Of a DNA stretch of 39,330 nt, positions 8,514 to 18,386 are shown one piece after another; the first letter of the stretch is position 1; every line of letters begins with the position of its first letter. The translations under genes and the position numbers were made by a program. This DNA comes from Nitrospinota bacterium (lineage in GTDB: Bacteria > Nitrospinota_A > UBA7883), in contig JAOUPQ010000002.1 of the NCBI GenBank assembly GCA_029879765.1, positions 1-39,330 of the forward strand, given 5' to 3'. The notes beneath the pieces were generated by a model. The model worked only from the letters and a program-made list of their open reading frames with translations, made no database searches and was not told where the DNA came from.

Positions 8514-11462
8514 CTACGCCACCTTGAATCTTGATATCATCATATCCAGTTCACCTGCGATCCGGGCCAGCCCCAGCGATGAAGTGTTCACCATCTGGGC
8601 GCTGGCGCTGGTGTCGCTGGCGTTGTCATGCACCACCTGGATATTGGTGGATACTTCCAGGGCGCCCCTGGCCGCGTGCCCCACGCTCGTGGATATCTCG
8701 CTGGATCCCTGGGCGATCTGGGCGATGGACTGGGCGATGGTGTTGGCTCCGGAGGCTGCCTGATTCACCGTTTCGGAGATTTCCTGGGCGGACCGGTTCT
8801 GCTGCTCCACCATACTGGTGATACCCTCCACCGATTTTCCTATGGAATTGATGGTGGAGAACACATCCCCCAACACATTTACCGCCCGCTCCGTATTTTG
8901 CTGCACCCCCTCTATTCGTTTTGCGATATCCTCCGCCGCCGCGGCGCTCTGGTTGGCCAGCTGCTTGATCTCATTGGCCACCACGGCAAAACCTTTCCCC
9001 GCCGCCCCGGCGCTGGCCGCTTCTATGGTGGCGTTCAGGGCCAGCAGATTCGTCTGCTCGGCGATCTTTTTTATCACATGGGTCACCTTCCCGATTTCAC
9101 TGGCCGCAGTGTCCAATGAATTCATGGCCCTCGACGCCGCCGCCGAGCGTTCCTTGGCCGTATCGGTGACGCCCAAAGCCTTCCTGGATCCCTCGGTGAT
9201 ATTCCTGATAGACACGGTCATCTCATCCACAGCCTTGGAAACCACACCCATGCGGTGGCTCATCTCCTCCGCCCCGGAGGATACGCGGGAAACGTTCAGG
9301 CTCATCTCCTCCACCGACAGGGCCATGGCGCTGATGCTGGTGGACATTTCCTCCGTGGCGCCGGCCACTACGCTGGCCTTGTTCGTCATCTCCTCCGATC
9401 CCGTGGCAAGCTGCCGGGAAACACCGGACATCTCCTCGGAGGAAGACGCCAGGGTTTTGGAGCTGTACGATATTTCCACCAGCACCTTCTGGATCTTCTC
9501 CATCAGTCTGTTGAACCAGAACGCCAGGTCGCCCACCTCGTCATCGTTATCCACCAGCATTCGCTGGGTCAGGTCCCCTTCCCCTTCCGAGATATCCTTC
9601 AACCTGTTCACCGCGTCGCGCAATGGATTGGTCACAGACACCACCAGCCACATGGTAACACCAATAACAACGATAGATAAAAGCGCTATCACGCCATTGA
9701 TGGCCATGGCTTGCCATGCGTTGTTTTTGATATTCCCCACCACCTCCTCCGACTGGCTTCCCAAAACCTGGCTCATCATCAGCACCGTATTGATGGCTCG
9801 GGTGGCTTTATCCATCCACTCAACCCCGGTCATCCCGTAATCTATGGGATCGACAGATTTGACAATCACCCAGTACGATCGACGATCGCCAGGATAGTAA
9901 TAGACGGGGGTCCACATATGGGTCACTCCCTGGGCCGTAATGCGCCTGCCAGGCTCTCGGGACAGGATGTCCTCGGCCAAATCGGGTATGTCCATCAGCA
10001 CGTTGCTTTTATGGCGGCCCAACTCTCCCACAAAACCCCATTCCTTCTCCTTCAGGATATGGGACAGATAAAAACCATCCTTGTCCAGCAGAGCTGAGTT
10101 CACCTGTCGGGATTCCCTGGAAAGAATTTCCAGAGCTCGGCCCACCATCATCTTCGCGGAGATATAACCTGCCAGCGAGTTGTTGGCGTATACCGGCATG
10201 GCAAAGGTCATGACAGGCCGATGGGGCGTCTCCACCTTTCCTCCCACCATGTTCAACGACACCGGGGAAATATAAATCTCCCCCGGCCCCAATTTCCTCG
10301 CCTCATCCATGATCTCGTCGTTCACCTTGGCCAACAGCTGGCTCCCGTGACGGCGGTAATATTTCGCTCCGTCATAATCCACCCTGGCCATCTCCTTCCC
10401 CAGCCTTCCAATAAACCGGATGACCATATAATCCTGGCTGGATTGGGAAAGAGCGAAAAAGTCATTCTCCACGGAAGCCTGGGAATCATGCATCCCTGCC
10501 GAGGATTCATCCAGCATGGAGCGAGATAGCTTCTGCACATTGGAGGAACTGGCCAAATTCCACAGCTCATCCACCTTCCCTTTCATGAGGCTCTCCAGCT
10601 TGGCCCTTTCCGCGCTTAATGTGGACTCCAGCTTTTTAACCTTGACGTCATGCTCACGGCTTTTGCGATACACATCATCCCGAAGCTGTCGGTATCCACC
10701 CAAAAACTCCTTTTCATATAGATCGAGCATCGACTTCAATTGCTCCGGAGTGCCGGAGTAGTTCTTGATGGCCATTATCCGCTTGGACGCTTCATCAACC
10801 ACGGAGTTGATATTCTCCAGATAAACCAATTTCTGGTCGGTGATTGGGGCGCCGTTCTGCACCGCATCAAGAAGCCCCGCCCTCTCTCTTCCCGCATACT
10901 CGGCCAGCGTGGCCGCATTGGAACGGATCACCGTGTTAAAATATGTCAGCTTCTCCTTTTCATCCTCCGGAACCAGAATAAGATCGCGAATATCAAATTC
11001 CATCTGGATATTAGCCGTGGTGATATTTTCCCAATCCTCTTTTGATATTTCTTTGGATATCACCTTCGCCCTGGCCTCCAAATACTCGTTGCGAGACTTT
11101 CTCCACTTTTCGGCGGCCAGCTTCAAGTCTGTATTGGTGGATTGGGCCAACAGAATATCAAAAGCCTTCTCGGCGTTTTCCAACATCCCAAATCCCAGGT
11201 CTCCGGCCTGAGTGAACTTGCCAATAACTTCTTCGGAAGCTGTTTCCATGGACAGAACAGCGACCCCCATTCCTCTCTCCAATGCCTGATATCCAGCAGC
11301 CTCATTCAGGTATCCCGCCACTGAATTTACCAAACCGAGCCTGTTCGCAAATTCCTGTTCGCTCCATGCCCGAAGCATATTTAGCGAGGAAACCGTGATT
11401 GTGAAAAAGAGGATGACCCCCAGAGAAACTATCAGTTTTGACTTTATACTCTTCAATCGCAT
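8514..11462 (-). CDS. methyl-accepting chemotaxis protein with a very large periplasmic region (NIT-like module plus Cache-like module)
   Basis: TM1 is [17 protein letters not shown] and TM2 is [24 protein letters not shown] ([12 protein letters not shown]) and a canonical MCP tip ([37 protein letters not shown]) follow. The sensor has [10 protein letters not shown] and [12 protein letters not shown] motifs shared with the 13476..15620 MCP. Start is set at the Met preceding TM1 (11462); the ORF is open up to 11522. Confidence 0.85.
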   Translation of the reverse strand: MRLKSIKSKLIVSLGVILFFTITVSSLNMLRAWSEQEFANRLGLVNSVAGYLNEAAGYQALERGMGVAVLSMETASEEVIGKFTQAGDLGFGMLENAEKAFDILLAQSTNTDLKLAAEKWRKSRNEYLEARAKVISKEISKEDWENITTANIQMEFDIRDLILVPEDEKEKLTYFNTVIRSNAATLAEYAGRERAGLLDAVQNGAPITDQKLVYLENINSVVDEASKRIMAIKNYSGTPEQLKSMLDLYEKEFLGGYRQLRDDVYRKSREHDVKVKKLESTLSAERAKLESLMKGKVDELWNLASSSNVQKLSRSMLDESSAGMHDSQASVENDFFALSQSSQDYMVIRFIGRLGKEMARVDYDGAKYYRRHGSQLLAKVNDEIMDEARKLGPGEIYISPVSLNMVGGKVETPHRPVMTFAMPVYANNSLAGYISAKMMVGRALEILSRESRQVNSALLDKDGFYLSHILKEKEWGFVGELGRHKSNVLMDIPDLAEDILSREPGRRITAQGVTHMWTPVYYYPGDRRSYWVIVKSVDPIDYGMTGVEWMDKATRAINTVLMMSQVLGSQSEEVVGNIKNNAWQAMAINGVIALLSIVVIGVTMWLVVSVTNPLRDAVNRLKDISEGEGDLTQRMLVDNDDEVGDLAFWFNRLMEKIQKVLVEISYSSKTLASSSEEMSGVSRQLATGSEEMTNKASVVAGATEEMSTSISAMALSVEEMSLNVSRVSSGAEEMSHRMGVVSKAVDEMTVSIRNITEGSRKALGVTDTAKERSAAASRAMNSLDTAASEIGKVTHVIKKIAEQTNLLALNATIEAASAGAAGKGFAVVANEIKQLANQSAAAAEDIAKRIEGVQQNTERAVNVLGDVFSTINSIGKSVEGITSMVEQQNRSAQEISETVNQAASGANTIAQSIAQIAQGSSEISTSVGHAARGALEVSTNIQVVHDNASDTSASAQMVNTSSLGLARIAGELDMMISRFKVA

Positions 11463-11612
11463 CGTTCTTATCCGCCCAGTGGTAGTTATCATTACAGCAT
11501 AAAGCTTTAGTGACCCCCGCAAACAGCCTGATTCGCAAAGGCTTACGGCCTATTATCACCAAAAGGGATACGGATTTGAAGTGTTATTTTTTTCCGGGTA
11601 TTTTTCTGTGCG

Positions 11613-13385
11613 CTAGGCTAATTTGAAATCGCTGATAAGCTTTTCCATCTCCATGGCTATCTTGCTAATCTCATGGGCCGCTTCACGAACCGCCTCCGCG
11701 CTGTTTCTCGCGTCACTGGCCGCCTGGCTTACTCCATGAATATTAGAGGTCACGTCATAGGCGCCGTTGGCCGCCTCCCCGGTGTTTCGGGAAACTTCCA
11801 TGGCCCCCTTGGAGACTTCCACCATGGAGGTGGCCACATGCTGCACCCCTCCTGCGGCGCTGCTCACGGTTTCCGAGATGGAGGCCACGGCATTGGCCTG
11901 CTGTTCCACAGATTCGGTTATTACCTCCACTGATTTATTGATCTGGCTGATGATTGAAGCTATATCGGCGATCACCCGCACCGCTTCCTTGGAGTAGTCC
12001 TGCACGCCGGATATCCGGTTGGCTATATCCTCGGCGGCGGATCCGCTCTGGTTGGCCAGCTCCTTGATCTCGTTGGCCACCACGGCAAACCCCTTCCCTG
12101 CGGCGCCGGCGCTGGCCGCCTCGATGGTGGCGTTGAGCGCCAGCAGGTTGGTTTGCTCGGCGATACGCATGATCACTTCCGTCACTTTGCCAATCTCTCT
12201 GGCGGCGGCGCCCAAGGCGTCCATGGTCGACGAGGCGGCCGAGGACATTTCCATGGCCTTGGTGGAGACTCCGGAGGCTTCCCTGGAGTTCTTGGCGATA
12301 TTGTTTATCGATACTGTCATCTCCTCTATGGAACTGGAGGCGGTATTCATCCCCTCGGCCATCTTTTCCGCCCCATCGGAAACGCTGGCCACGATCACGC
12401 TCATCTGCTCCACCGCCGAGGCCATGGTGTTTATGTTGTTGCCCATCCGTTCAGAGGCGTCCGCCACCGCGTCGGCCTGCATGGTGATCTGCTCCGCGCC
12501 CCCCGCCAGCATGGAGGATACCTCCGACATCTTCGATGATGATGACGTAAGCGCACTGGAACTTTGCCCCATGCATTGGAGTATCCCGCTCAAGTTGGCG
12601 GTCATCTTGTTGATGGCGTTGCCTTGCTCCCCGATCTCATCATAAGAATTCACATCCACCTTCTGGGTAAAATCCCCCTGGGCGATCTTGCCGATGACTT
12701 GCACCGAGGTGAACAAAGGAATGGTTATGGAGCGCGACACAGTCACCGCCAGCGCTGCGGAGATAACCACCAGCAGCGCCGTGACCCAGGGCAGGGAGGT
12801 ATGCAACCGCTTGGAGTGATCAACGATCTCCTCTATAGACGAGTGCGAACCTGCCTGGAAAGCCTGGACAAAGGGAAGAAGAACCTGGCTCAGCGCCTCG
12901 GCCTCTTTGTCGAACTGGCCCATGATCTTATTCCCCTCCTCAGGGCCCCCATCGATATACGCCTGGGCCATTTTCCGCCCCATTTCGTAGTAGGCGGCAA
13001 ACCGGGCCCTTACCCGGGCCAGTTCGCCCAGATGAGCCTTTCCACTGGTGGAGTTGGACAATATGCTTTCCATCTCCGCCAGCCCGTCCTCGAAAGCGTC
13101 GTGAGACTGTTTCGCCTCGGCGAATCCATCATCCAGCCCGTCCAGACCGCGGGTGGCGGAAATATCGGTGAGCCACTGCTGGGTCTGGATCACATCCCGC
13201 TCCAGCTTTAGCGCCAGAAAGACAAGACGCATATGCTCCTGCTTGGCCTGCAGGGCGGTATCCACCACAAGCCCGTTCACCCGATACGCCCAGGAAGAGA
13301 GGAATAAAAGCGCTACAAGTGGAATGGCCATACAAAAGCCTATTTTCCACCGCACCGTAATCCTCCCCAAGTATCGCTGGATCAT
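11613..13385 (-). CDS. methyl-accepting chemotaxis protein with a helical (4HB-like) periplasmic sensor
   Basis: Two TM segments flank a ~165-aa all-helical-looking domain, followed by HAMP (IAQGDFTQKVD) and an MCP signalling domain with the same tip sequence. The ATG is preceded by GAGGGGGGA. Confidence 0.9.
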   Translation of the reverse strand: MIQRYLGRITVRWKIGFCMAIPLVALLFLSSWAYRVNGLVVDTALQAKQEHMRLVFLALKLERDVIQTQQWLTDISATRGLDGLDDGFAEAKQSHDAFEDGLAEMESILSNSTSGKAHLGELARVRARFAAYYEMGRKMAQAYIDGGPEEGNKIMGQFDKEAEALSQVLLPFVQAFQAGSHSSIEEIVDHSKRLHTSLPWVTALLVVISAALAVTVSRSITIPLFTSVQVIGKIAQGDFTQKVDVNSYDEIGEQGNAINKMTANLSGILQCMGQSSSALTSSSSKMSEVSSMLAGGAEQITMQADAVADASERMGNNINTMASAVEQMSVIVASVSDGAEKMAEGMNTASSSIEEMTVSINNIAKNSREASGVSTKAMEMSSAASSTMDALGAAAREIGKVTEVIMRIAEQTNLLALNATIEAASAGAAGKGFAVVANEIKELANQSGSAAEDIANRISGVQDYSKEAVRVIADIASIISQINKSVEVITESVEQQANAVASISETVSSAAGGVQHVATSMVEVSKGAMEVSRNTGEAANGAYDVTSNIHGVSQAASDARNSAEAVREAAHEISKIAMEMEKLISDFKLA

Positions 13386-13475
13386 TAAATCCCCCCCTCA
13401 TTTCCATAGCGCATAGCGCCATCCTCAATTAATAAACCACGCTGCCTTGCGATGAGCAAACGAAGCCTTGATATT

Positions 13476-15620
13476 CTACGCCACTTTAAACCGCGCCACC
13501 ATTTTGTTCAACTCCCCGGCGACTTTGGCTATCTCGCTGGAGGAAGAATTCACCTGTTGAGCGCTGGTGCTTGCCTCGTTGGCGGCCTTGCTGACTCCCT
13601 GGATATTGGAGGAAACATGCGTGGCGCCCCGGGCCGCCTCTCCGGTATTCCTGGAAACGTCGTTGGCGCCTTTGGCCACCTCCGATATGGAAGAGGCGAT
13701 ATTGTTGGCCCCGGCGGCCGCCTGGCCCACATTGCCGGCGATCTCCTGCGCCACGTTGGACTGCTGGCTCACCGACTCGGAAATCACCTGGATAGACTTT
13801 GTCATGGAATCGATAATACGGGACACATCGGCGATCACCGTCACCGACTGTTCCGTATTCGCCTGCACACCCTCGATCCTGGAGGCGATGTCCTGGGCGG
13901 CGCTGGCGCTCTGGTTGGCCAGCTCCTTGATCTCGTTGGCCACCACGGCAAAACCCTTGCCGGCGTCTCCGGCGCTGGCAGCCTCGATGGTGGCGTTGAG
14001 CGCCAGCAGGTTCGTCTGCTCGGCGATCCGCTTTATCACCTCGGTCACTTTGCCGATCTCCTCGGCGGCGGTCCCCAGGGCGGCCATGGACTTTGTGGCG
14101 GCGGAGGACATCTCTATCGCCTTTTTGGCCACGTTGGACGCTTCTTTGGCGTTGTGGGCGATCTCGCCCATGGATGTGGTCATCTCCTCCACAGCGCCGG
14201 ATACGGCCAGCATGTTCTGGCTCATCTGCTCGGCCCCGGTGCTCACTGTGGAAACGTTCATGCTCATCTGCTCCACCGCCGAGGCCATGGCGTTGATGTT
14301 CGCCGACATCTGCTCCGTGGCGCCCGCCACTGTGGTGGCCTGGGCGTTCATCTCCTCGGAACCGCTGGCCAGATGGCTGGACACCGCAGTCATTTCCTCT
14401 GATGATGAAGCCAGCATTTTGGAGTTATTCGTTATTTCGATCACCAGAGTCTGTATCTTCTCCACAAAGCTATTGAACCAAAAGGCCAGCTCGCCCAGTT
14501 CATCTTCGCTGCGGGTTTCCATTCGCCGGGTAAGATCCCCTTCCCCTTCCGAAATATCCTGCAGCCTTTGCACCACGAACCGCAACGGCCCGGTAACCGA
14601 TTGTTTCACGTAGTATATGGAAAACACGAACATACCCAAAGCCATAAAGAAAAGAATTCCAGAAAAGGTCATATTCCAGTTGGCCTCGGACTGGATTTCA
14701 TGGACATTTTGCCGGGCGATGGCGCCTATCACATTGGATATCTCCAGCGCGGAGTTGATTCCTGTTGTCGCCTCGTCGATCCACTGGCCTCCGGAAAGGT
14801 GATACGGCTTCCCTTCGGCGCTGGCCTGATACACTTGCTCCCGGATGTTCTGGTAGGATCCCAGGAATATTCGCTCGAAAGTGGCGATGGCCTCGTTGAC
14901 CTCGCTGGGTGTGGACTCCAGCCCCCGGATGGATAGGATCACCTCGGTGGCCTGATCCACCAAGGCTCGATACTTGCTCAAAGTCTCCATCTCTTCTTTT
15001 TCCACCGATATCCCCGCCGCCACATGGCCGCCCAGGATGGCCCTCTCCCGGCCGGCGTATTCCGCCAGGGTGGCCACATTGGCGCGGGTCACCGTATTGT
15101 AATATCGAACCAGCTCCTTGTGGTTCACCGGCGCAAAGGATATATTGCGCGCCAGGATCTCCGCAGCTATGTTTTCACTTGATATTCTTATCCATTCCCC
15201 GTCCGACATGCTCTTGGAGGTCACCCGGTGCCGGGAATCGATCAGCCGCTTGTAGGTCGCCTGCCACTGGTTGTATCTGGTCTTCAGGTCTTTTTCGTCC
15301 GAAAGAGCGAACAGCTCGTCGAAATGCTCCACCGCCAGGCGCACCTGCTCATCCCCTTTTTCGCCAAGCCCCTTGAATTTCTCCACCAAAGCCGCCGAAG
15401 GATTTTCGGCGCCCAGGATGGTGGCCCCCACGCCGCGCTCTATGGCCTGGAAAGCCGCCGCGCCGTTCAGATGGCCAGCGATCTCGTTGATCACTTCCAT
15501 CCGCACTGCGTCCGCTCTTTCCGCATTGGCGTTCAACACCAGTTGAACGGCCATCACCACGGCCACGGCGAACACCAGGAACAACATCGCTAATACTTTT
15601 GCCTGAATTGTCTTAAACAT
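13476..15620 (-). CDS. methyl-accepting chemotaxis protein with a NIT-like periplasmic sensor
   Basis: The start at 15620 has AAGGAG 7 nt upstream. The sensor has two halves, each with an ERG-type motif ([14 protein letters not shown] and [14 protein letters not shown]). HAMP ([12 protein letters not shown]) and an MCP signalling domain follow. Confidence 0.85.
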   Translation of the reverse strand: MFKTIQAKVLAMLFLVFAVAVVMAVQLVLNANAERADAVRMEVINEIAGHLNGAAAFQAIERGVGATILGAENPSAALVEKFKGLGEKGDEQVRLAVEHFDELFALSDEKDLKTRYNQWQATYKRLIDSRHRVTSKSMSDGEWIRISSENIAAEILARNISFAPVNHKELVRYYNTVTRANVATLAEYAGRERAILGGHVAAGISVEKEEMETLSKYRALVDQATEVILSIRGLESTPSEVNEAIATFERIFLGSYQNIREQVYQASAEGKPYHLSGGQWIDEATTGINSALEISNVIGAIARQNVHEIQSEANWNMTFSGILFFMALGMFVFSIYYVKQSVTGPLRFVVQRLQDISEGEGDLTRRMETRSEDELGELAFWFNSFVEKIQTLVIEITNNSKMLASSSEEMTAVSSHLASGSEEMNAQATTVAGATEQMSANINAMASAVEQMSMNVSTVSTGAEQMSQNMLAVSGAVEEMTTSMGEIAHNAKEASNVAKKAIEMSSAATKSMAALGTAAEEIGKVTEVIKRIAEQTNLLALNATIEAASAGDAGKGFAVVANEIKELANQSASAAQDIASRIEGVQANTEQSVTVIADVSRIIDSMTKSIQVISESVSQQSNVAQEIAGNVGQAAAGANNIASSISEVAKGANDVSRNTGEAARGATHVSSNIQGVSKAANEASTSAQQVNSSSSEIAKVAGELNKMVARFKVA

Positions 15621-15733
15621 TTTAATACTCCTTAACCTGCGCCCTATTCTGGGATTCCCGGCCCAGACTTCGCGCAACCTTCCCACATCATCCCTAATCC
15701 CAAGAGATACTATTTATAAAATTGCACACAACC

Positions 15734-15758
15734 CCACCATTCCCATATGGAATGGTGG
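15734..15758 (-). terminator. hairpin downstream of the haem-motif MCP gene
   Basis: Perfect 10-bp inverted repeat CCACCATTCC / GGAATGGTGG with a 5-nt loop, about 40 nt after the stop at 15797. Flanks are AT-rich on both sides. Confidence 0.45.
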
Positions 15759-15796
15759 ATTTATTACTTACTTAAAGACGGATTGCTCCGATAACT

Positions 15797-18040
15797 TCAT
15801 ACCTTGAACCTCCCCACCAGCCGCCCGAGTTCCACGGCTATCCTGTCGATCTCCTTGGAAGTGGCGCTGACCCTTGAAGCGTTCATGTTTGTGTCCCCCG
15901 CGGCGTGGCTAACCCCCTGGATGTTCATCGACACCTCATGGGATCCCTTGGCCGCTTCACCTGTGCTTAAGGAGACTTCGTTGGCGCCCTTGGCCACATC
16001 GGCGATAGAGGAAGCCATGTCGTCGGCCCCGCGGGCCACCTGGTTCACAGCCTCCGCTATCTCCTGGGCGGAGCTGCTCTGCTTCTCCACGGAGGAAGTT
16101 ATAAGATCCACAGACTCGTTGATCAGGCTGATGGTGGATAACACCTCCCCCATCACGCTCACCGCTTGTTCCGTGTTGCTCTGCACTCCATCTATTCTGT
16201 GGGCGATATCCTCCGCCGCTCCCGCGCTCTGGTTCGCCAGCTGTTTTATCTCGTTGGCCACCACGGCAAAGCCCTTCCCCGCCGCTCCTGCGGATGCGGC
16301 TTCGATGGTGGCGTTGAGCGCCAGCAGGTTGGTCTGCTCGGCGATCCGCTTTATAACTTCGGTCACTTTGCCTATCTCACTGGCGGCCTGGCCCAGGGTT
16401 TTCATGGCGTTCTCGGCCATCCGGGAGCGCTCCAACACCTGCCTTGCCACGGAGGAGGCCTCTTTGGCGTTTTCGTTTATCTGAATGATGGATGTGTTCA
16501 ATCCATCCACCGAGCCGGAAATCCCCCTCATGCTGGAGGACATCTGCTCCGCGCCACTGGACACAGAGGCGACATTTACGCTCATCTCCTCCACCGCTGA
16601 GGCCACTGTAACTATATTGGCGGACATCTGCTCCGTCGCCCCGGCCACGGCGTTGGCCTGGGCGGTCATTTGTTCCGCGCCTGTGGCCAGCGAACTGGAG
16701 ACCTCCGACATCGCCCCGGAGGAGGCGCCCAGCGCCATCGAGTTTCCTGAAATCTCCTTTATGAGCTTGGACATGTTCTCCACGAACACATTGAACCAGT
16801 GGGACAGCTCCCCAATCTCGTCCTGGGATCTTTCGCGAAGCCGACGGGTGAGATCCCCCTCTCCTTCGGCGATGTCCCTCAGGGCCAGGGAAACGCCCTC
16901 AATCGGCCTCAATATCCGGTACAACACGAATATGCTCATCGACAGCGATACAATTGAGATCATAATCAAGGCCACCCAGGCGTAGGTCTTGATCTCCGCC
17001 TGGTTGCGGCTGGAAATCTCTGTATATATGGCCACAAGCTCGTCGGACTGTCTCCGCAGCAAGTTGGCCTCCGCCCCAATGTTCACAGTGGCTTTCTGGA
17101 TCTCGTTTTCGTCATTGGAAGTCATCAGCACACGGGCCACATTCTTGAACGCTTTCAGCTGGATTTCTATCTCCCCCAGCTTTTCCTGCGCCCTTTTTTC
17201 ATTTATGGCGCTTACCCGCTTAAAGGTGGTCATGGAAAGGTCGGTGGGAAATTCACCCCCGTTTTTCATGGCATTCAAGGTGTCGGTGAATGTTTTGGCG
17301 GCGTTCTCGTATTCATCAGTGGTGGGATTTAGCTGGGTCCTGCCTGTGGCAGCGTCCGAGGCGAACAAGATTTCGAACTTTCGAATCCCCAGCACATCCC
17401 CAACTTTCAGATCCCCACCCTTCAAATCTTCATGGCAGGTGGCGCAAGCCTCCACGGTGGCCTTGTCCGGCGTGTAGAAGATCAGATACAAAGCCCCGGC
17501 GCGCTCTTCCGTGCCGCTGAATATCCCCTGTGGATTCTTTTTCAAATATTCCCCAGCCTGCCTGTCCATGTCCACTTTGTAACCTTTGTCGGGATTCACC
17601 GGATTATCGGAGAGGATGTCCAGATTCATTCTCCTGCCCGCCAGCTCGTTGCCTTTCACAAATTTTTCGTTAACCATGCGTGTGAATGTGGCGGGGAATG
17701 GAAAAGTCAGGTGGCCCTCGTTTTCCGGATCCATGGAAAGATCGATACCTTTCTTGCCAGCGGGGCCAGCCACCATCTTCGTATAGACAGCCCGCATCTG
17801 GTTTATATATTCATCCAGCAGTTGCACCGTTTTTCGAATGGAGGTGAATTCCCCTTTCTGGGAAAAAACGAGCACCGACTTTGCCATGGCCTGGCCGAGC
17901 ATCCTCTGCCTTCCCAAAGCGTTGACCACAACAGCGTCGTCCGCCGTTTTGTTGGCGGCGCGAATGGTCAACAAGCTTGTGGAAACCACCACAATTACCA
18001 ATACTGCGGAAATAGCCAAAACCTTGTTTCTTAAATTCAT
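15797..18040 (-). CDS. methyl-accepting chemotaxis protein with a PilJ-type N-terminal helix region and a DUF3365/Tll0287-like periplasmic domain carrying CXXCH
   Basis: [18 protein letters not shown] matches the PilJ N-terminal motif. LTFPFPATF...SDNPVNPD...[24 protein letters not shown] resembles the haem-c DUF3365 fold. TM2 ([19 protein letters not shown]), HAMP and an MCP signalling domain follow. Confidence 0.85.
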   Translation of the reverse strand: MNLRNKVLAISAVLVIVVVSTSLLTIRAANKTADDAVVVNALGRQRMLGQAMAKSVLVFSQKGEFTSIRKTVQLLDEYINQMRAVYTKMVAGPAGKKGIDLSMDPENEGHLTFPFPATFTRMVNEKFVKGNELAGRRMNLDILSDNPVNPDKGYKVDMDRQAGEYLKKNPQGIFSGTEERAGALYLIFYTPDKATVEACATCHEDLKGGDLKVGDVLGIRKFEILFASDAATGRTQLNPTTDEYENAAKTFTDTLNAMKNGGEFPTDLSMTTFKRVSAINEKRAQEKLGEIEIQLKAFKNVARVLMTSNDENEIQKATVNIGAEANLLRRQSDELVAIYTEISSRNQAEIKTYAWVALIMISIVSLSMSIFVLYRILRPIEGVSLALRDIAEGEGDLTRRLRERSQDEIGELSHWFNVFVENMSKLIKEISGNSMALGASSGAMSEVSSSLATGAEQMTAQANAVAGATEQMSANIVTVASAVEEMSVNVASVSSGAEQMSSSMRGISGSVDGLNTSIIQINENAKEASSVARQVLERSRMAENAMKTLGQAASEIGKVTEVIKRIAEQTNLLALNATIEAASAGAAGKGFAVVANEIKQLANQSAGAAEDIAHRIDGVQSNTEQAVSVMGEVLSTISLINESVDLITSSVEKQSSSAQEIAEAVNQVARGADDMASSIADVAKGANEVSLSTGEAAKGSHEVSMNIQGVSHAAGDTNMNASRVSATSKEIDRIAVELGRLVGRFKV
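17432..17446 (-). other. CXXCH c-type haem attachment motif (Cys199-Ala-Thr-Cys-His203) in the periplasmic part of the MCP
   Basis: I read the codons directly: TGC GCC ACC TGC CAT on the - strand. The motif lies between TM1 (residues ~7-25) and TM2 (residues ~353-375). Confidence 0.8.
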
Positions 18041-18313
18041 TTTTCTTATCCCGGATGTTTCAAAGTAAACATGGCTTGTGCGCTTTTCAGATTCTCGGCT
18101 CCCGAAGAGAGCACAACTTTCCCAAGTTTCAAAGCGACCGTCAAGGCTTGCCCCTGAAACGGCAGACGATTAATACTTGTTTTTTACAATATATACACAG
18201 ACGCCATCCGAGGTACGGAGTGCGGTTCCCTCTGACGCTGTGCCTGAATAATCCGGTTTATGCTACTTTATTTTACGTTAGTTGTAACTAAAAATATTGT
18301 TATAAAGCCAGGA

Positions 18314-18355
18314 CCGACGGGGCAGCGCGGGGTGTGGCTGGGTCCACCCCGTCGG
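18314..18355 (-). terminator. hairpin downstream of the double-Cache MCP gene
   Basis: CCGACGGGG ... CCCCGTCGG (9-bp stem, long GC-rich loop) about 30 nt after the stop at 18387. On the - strand it is followed by TCCTGGCTTTATAACAATATTTTT. Confidence 0.4.
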
Positions 18356-18386
18356 TTTGCTGGCTATATAATCCATAGTCCCCTTT

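Noticed and set aside
8818-9840. Long + strand ORFs antisense to the MCP genes. Examples: 8818..9840 (340 aa), 12019..12645, 13567..14613 (348 aa), 15804..16484, 18814..19371.
   Set aside because: The translations are low-complexity (Ala/Ser/Leu/Thr-rich) with no recognisable motifs. The opposite strand encodes unmistakable MCP signalling domains. Ala/Glu/Gln/Ser-rich coiled-coil genes that avoid TTA, CTA and TCA codons automatically leave the antisense frame free of stops.
18055-18291. 78-aa + strand ORF in the 346-bp gap between two MCP genes, and the 136-aa ORF at 34464..34874.
   Set aside because: No RBS and an odd composition. The first sits in an AT-rich promoter/terminator region. The second is mostly antisense to htpX.
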